DNA from: an uncultured Chloroflexia bacterium
GTDB taxonomy: Bacteria; Chloroflexota; Limnocylindria; Limnocylindrales; CSP1-4
Direction: 5' to 3'
DNA: 64,000 nt
Assembly (NCBI GenBank): GCA_963763775.1
Contig: CAVXPZ010000003.1
Span: forward strand, 128,001-192,000
Below the pieces are notes generated by a model. The model worked only from the letters and a program-made list of their open reading frames with translations. It was not told where the DNA came from and ran no database searches. Both the position numbers and the translations under genes were made by a program. Positions 61,313 to 64,000 of this stretch are shown piece by piece; the first letter of the stretch is position 1; every line of letters starts with the position of its first letter.

Positions 61313-62145
61313 TCACGCGTGGACGCCGGCACGCTCCAGCGAGGGCGTGAGCCCGACCGCGTCGGCAGCGGCATAGCCGTCCGAGAGCGCCCAGGCGAAA
61401 TGGTGCGGCAGATGCGCGTCGGACCCGATCGTGATCCGGTCGCCGCCGAGCTCGCGATAGCGGGCGACGGTGGCCGCGGACGGATACGTCTCGCCGGACG
61501 CCTGCCGGAGCCCGCTGGTGTTGATCTCCAACGCGGTGCCGCTGTCGATCAGCGCCCGCAGGGCCGGTTCGATCAGCTCGGGGGCGCCCGCCAGGTCGGC
61601 GGCCGTGATGTGCGGCGCGAGATACCGCTTCACGAAATCGATATGGCCGATGGCGTCGAACAGGCCGGACCGGGCGGCGGCCTCCACCTCGTCGTACCAG
61701 GGCGCGACGATCTCCGGCAGCGACTTCCCGGCGATCCAGGCCTCGACGCGTCCGGCGAGATACGGCAAATCCGCGCCGACATGGGCGGACCCGATCACGA
61801 AGTCGTAGGCGTGCTGGCGGAGGTGATGCCGCACGGCCTCCTCCCATGCTCGCTCGTAGGTGAGCTCCACGCCGAAGCGGATGGCCAGCCCGAGGGGCTC
61901 CCACCGATGCGCGGCATCGCGGACGACGCGACGGCGCTCCTCGAACGTGGAGTAGGCGTACGCCGGGGCTCGTGGGTCGAAGTCGACGTGGTCGGTGATG
62001 GCGATCTCGGCGATCCCGAGCTCGACCGCCTGACGGGCGTACGCGTCGATCGGGACGTCGCTGTCCGGCGAGAGGTCGGTGTGGAGGTGCCCGTCGAGTG
62101 GCAGGCTCCGCCCCCGTCGATCCTCGCTTGCGCCGGATCCGGGGT

Positions 62146-62149
<4 letters not shown>
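61313..62149 (-). CDS. PHP-family histidinol-phosphatase (HisJ/HisK-like)
   Basis: DGHLHT, IAITDH, GVEL, DFVIGSAH, GHID, LEINTSG, TIGSDAH. Confidence 0.85.
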
Positions 62150-63372
<1,223 letters not shown>

Positions 63373-63383
63373 CGGTCGGTGCC

Positions 63384-64000
63384 TCAGCCGGTGGTCCAGT
63401 CCATGATGACCTTCCCCGCGTCGCCCTGGCGCGCCGCGGCGAACGCCGCCTCGAACTCGCGGAATCCGAACCGATGCGTGATCGCCGGCCGGATGTCGAG
63501 CCCGGATTGGAGCATGACGGTCATCTTGTACCAGGTCTCGTACATCTCCCGGCCGTAGATGCCCCGGAGCGTGAGCATCTTCATCACGACCTCGTTGATG
63601 TCGAGGCTGATCTCCTCGGTCGGCAGGCCGAGGATCGCGATCGCGCCGCCGTGGGCCATGCTCCCGATCGCCGCGCGAAGCGCGGCGGCATTGCCGGACA
63701 TCTCGAGCGCGACGTCGAAGCCCTCCACCATGTCGAGGCCGTCGAAGACGTCGCGGAGGGCCCGCTCGCGTGGGTCGATCGCCACCGTGGCGCCCATCCG
63801 GATCGCCAGCTCGCGGCGGAACGGGTTGGGCTCGCTGACCACGATGTGCCGGGCGCCGGCGTGGCGGACGACCGCCGTCGCCATCAGGCCGATCGGCCCG
63901 GCGCCGGAGATCAGGACATCCTCGCCGAGGACCGGGAACGCGAGGGCCGTGTGGACCGCGTTGCCGAACGGGTCGAAGATCGCCGCGATCTCCTCGTCGA
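63384..64000 (-). CDS. tdh: L-threonine 3-dehydrogenase (partial, 5' end outside window)
   Basis: IFDPFGNAVHTAL, GAGPIG, EGFDVALEMSG, GIYGREMYETWYKM, GKVIMDW. Confidence 0.95.
   Translation of the reverse strand, partial: DEEIAAIFDPFGNAVHTALAFPVLGEDVLISGAGPIGLMATAVVRHAGARHIVVSEPNPFRRELAIRMGATVAIDPRERALRDVFDGLDMVEGFDVALEMSGNAAALRAAIGSMAHGGAIAILGLPTEEISLDINEVVMKMLTLRGIYGREMYETWYKMTVMLQSGLDIRPAITHRFGFREFEAAFAAARQGDAGKVIMDWTTG

Overview
High-GC (roughly 70% by eye) bacterial chromosomal segment. Gene content and style suggest Chloroflexota, possibly Limnocylindria/Ellin6529-like (inference, not verified). Many single-base frameshifts in otherwise intact conserved genes point to long-read indel errors. 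In order, the window holds: a partner-switching operon (GAF-PP2C-HATPase fusion plus two STAS proteins); a phytoene-desaturase-like oxidoreductase; a pdxS-pdxT-GNAT-ycf45/R3H-MBL operon; a tandem array of ECF sigma/anti-sigma cassettes ending in a deletion scar; a leucine catabolism cluster whose biotin carboxylase carries an N-terminal HTH; HNH-cca-TPR-galE; another ECF pair; an MFS transporter; a catalytically dead DNA-ligase-like protein; and a glucosylglycerate cluster (GT2, USP-USP-GpgS, glycerate kinase with a 220-bp hairpin insertion at its start) followed by nth. The most striking part is 43.9-58.7 kb: three orphan tadE-tadE-tadG minor-pilin/adhesin cassettes. They share an upstream motif (GCAAGGT-N5-GCAAGGT-N10-TACT), show signs of cassette replacement, and flank an OmpR/HK two-component system. 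The window ends with an MBL hydrolase, an ECF pair, a hisJ-like PHP phosphatase, kbl and partial tdh. No rRNA, tRNA, CRISPR array or transposase was recognised.
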